NCBI GenBank assembly: GCA_030704615.1
Contig: CM060731.1
Coordinates: 83,018,001-83,082,000 of the forward strand
Source: Takakia lepidozioides
Taxonomy: Eukaryota; Plantae; Bryophyta
Length of the DNA: 64,000 nt
Direction: 5' to 3'
Part shown: in pieces, positions 61,721 to 64,000 of the stretch
Numbering within the stretch: position 1 is the first letter of the stretch
Layout: every line of letters begins with the position of its first letter
Notes under the pieces: model-generated
Told to the model about the DNA's origin: nothing
The model's input: the letters and a program-made list of their open reading frames with translations, nothing else
The model's database searches: none
Position numbers and translations under genes: made by a program

Positions 61721-62913
61721 TATAAACCCATTTTGCGTGTCACTCTTCCAATGGAGGTCCTTGTTGTTGAAGGGTCCTGGTTTTGGTGTTTGCAAACTTT
61801 ATCGAAGAGGGCGTATAAGCGGGCTCTCAGTTTGCTATATCTCATCACCTTCTGCTTCTACGTCCATGCCCTGTATAGTACAGAAGATACGCTCCAGAAC
61901 CTGCAAGGAAAGCGCCGCAGTACCCAGGACGCAATGGACAACGTGCAAGGAGCAACATGACACACGTTTGCAGCTGCTAGCAGATGGAATAAGACAAGGA
62001 TAAGGCGTGGCATGGTGCCCTAAAACTGGAGGGCTGGGATGCGTTTTCGGGGCGGACGGTCCAGATCCTGCACCGACAGCGGACTGGTAGGGCGGAGTGG
62101 CCGTAGCGGGCGTGGATGTTGTGGCTGCTGCATCCGCGGGCGCATGGGTCGCGGCCGAGGCGGGCGTGGGCCACGCACAGTGGCGGGCGCGGGGGGGGGG
62201 GGGGGGGGCGCCCCTCGTCCGTACGTGGGGCACGCCACGGGGCTGGCGCGTGTGCATTGAAGACGCTATTATCTTAAAATGAGAGGCATCCCGACCAGTG
62301 TTGTGCGGATATCAACATTTTAGTATACTAGGCATGGTAGGTTCTGGAGGGGTGCTTTGTTTATGAACTCTGGTATCATTCTAAGTATTGCAGAAATGAC
62401 AAATTTGCAAATAATGTACTGGTATAAGTATTTCCTTTAGATATGCACAATATATGGTATCAATGATATGGGTTTTTTAAAAAAATATATCAATATGAGT
62501 ATCAATATATATATTTTTAATAATAAAAGGGGACGGAGGACGGAGGCCTTTAAATCATATTAATAATAAAAGACCAAAGCCAGGGAATACATAGAAAAGT
62601 TCAACAAAAAAAAGGAAAAAAATAACCCTATGGAGGCCATGAAGGCAGTACGACAGGGATATCACCCGCAACCAAGAGACCAACAAAAAGCAGGGCGAAG
62701 CACCACAAGGCAAACTTAAGGGAAGGAAAAGAAAAACAAGCTCCAATAACCAAATAGAGCTTAGATCGCGGAGCTCCAAAATTGAACTGGTCATTTGAAC
62801 TATTCAAATGGCTCATTCCAATATTCAAATGGCGGCGTCACCCCATTATGTGCCTTTAGTGTTGACGATTCCCTACCCAGGATGCACAACCAAATCTCCA
62901 GCGATCCGTCCAT

Positions 62914-63048
62914 GTAGTATGAATATTAAGCTCTCATAGTCGCACAATAATGGTAACAGCCTGATATGAAATGGGAGCCCTGTAGTACGAATATTAAGTT
63001 CTCATAGTTGTACAATAATGGTAACAGCCTAATATGAAATGGGAGCCC
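62914..63048. repeat. Tandem duplication, 2 x 68 bp
   Basis: gtagta.gaatattaag...gaaatgggagccc occurs twice. Confidence 0.88.
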
Positions 63049-63380
63049 CAAACCGTTATCCATGGTATGCCCCTGGGTATTCGACCTACCACCTACGTAG
63101 GTTCTAGAAGAACCTGTTGATACCTACTATTGATACCCCAGCACACCCACAATACCCGTACAACACTGGTCCGACCCACCTTGCTTTTATGCGATTTGTT
63201 TGACAGATTTGCAAGCCCAGAGATTTACTAACGAAATTTCAGCAGGGCTGGCCTTCCATCCATTGTGACAATTGCAATCTGGTGCTTTGAGCTGTCGGTC
63301 GATACGACTTTTCGTGGGCAGAGAGAAACGGGGATTTCTGGCAAACAATTCCACCTCCGAGAGCGGAGCAGATAGAGAGA

Positions 63381-63479
63381 ATGAGGCAGCGATTGAATTT
63401 GGTGCGAAGGTTGTGGACCCAAGCGGCCGCAGGGAGGTGGTTGGCAGGGATTTCTGGCAAGCTTGCTACACCATTCCAT
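63381..63479 (+). CDS. Possible first exon of a host gene with an organellar targeting-like peptide
   Basis: MRQRLNLVRRLWTQAAAGRWLAGISGKLATPFH then a GTAAG donor; Arg-rich with no acidic residues. Confidence 0.35.
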
Positions 63480-63693
63480 GTAAGAAATTCGTTTCTTCTC
63501 CCTATAAATCAATGAATTCGAAATGGATATGTAAGTGTTTTGTCTAGAGAGAATGTTTCAGTGGTGTTCTCATTGACCGGGCTCTGTGATTGTTGGCTAT
63601 GACGTACTCTTGAGTAGCGTAGTCTCTAAGCCAGAGCCTATCACGATAGACAAAATTATGTAAAATCCTGAATTGGTATACGTAGAGTTTGTG

Positions 63694-63950
63694 ACAAGCC
63701 TATTTCAATTCTGTTACTAGATATCTGATGACACAGCTTTATACGAAGGAATTGGGGCTGATTATATCGCAACTAGTTGCAATTATGGCTTTAGTGTCAC
63801 AGATTCATTTTATGCGCATATAACAAGCCTATCTCAATTCTGTTACTAGATATCTGATAACACAGCTTTACACGAAGGAATTGGGGCTGATTATATCGCA
63901 ACTAGTTGCAATTATGGTTTTAGTGTCACAGATTCAATTTATGTGCATAT
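63694..63950. repeat. Tandem duplication, 2 x 129 bp
   Basis: acaagcctat.tcaattctgttactag...gcatat occurs twice. Confidence 0.9.
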
Positions 63951-64000
63951 TTTTAGATTGGACTCAGTTACAGAGGCTCATGTACATTTGCTTTGTGATG

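Overview
Repeat-dense eukaryotic nuclear DNA, most likely from a non-seed land plant (inferred from GT-AG introns, a Tcn1-like chromovirus, Tat-like Ty3/gypsy elements and an At1g60560/At4g13970-type SWIM/MULE relic). An intron-rich host gene of unknown function lies at about 1.2-7.1 kb, and a possible first exon of another gene at 63.4 kb. Between them is a ~54-kb transposon nest. The main result is a 13,084-bp Mutator-like DNA transposon (35369-48452; imperfect terminal inverted repeats (TIRs), perfect 8-bp target-site duplication (TSD) GTGTTGGC) inserted in an LTR. It carries two divergent genes. One is a GCM-like Zn-finger/DDE/SWIM transposase. The other is a spliced gene of at least 9 exons (~1,450 aa) fusing a ParB/Srx-like domain to a beta-class N6-adenine/N4-cytosine DNA methyltransferase fold. 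Three non-coding stretches of the element hold about 32 copies of a GGCGCC-centred palindrome. Nearly all spacings are close to whole helical turns (53, 63, 73-75, 85, 94-96 bp), and the central copies sit in an ~880-bp inverted repeat. This suggests a self-targeting epigenetic or anti-silencing module (inference). Separately, a decayed Ty3/gypsy-type retroelement encodes a C5-cytosine methyltransferase in frame after its protease (18463-22569). Also present are an apparently self-priming chromovirus split by a 3-kb inversion, three copies of a Tat-like LTR family with a large conserved unknown ORF after the integrase, a LINE RT fragment and further MULE relics.
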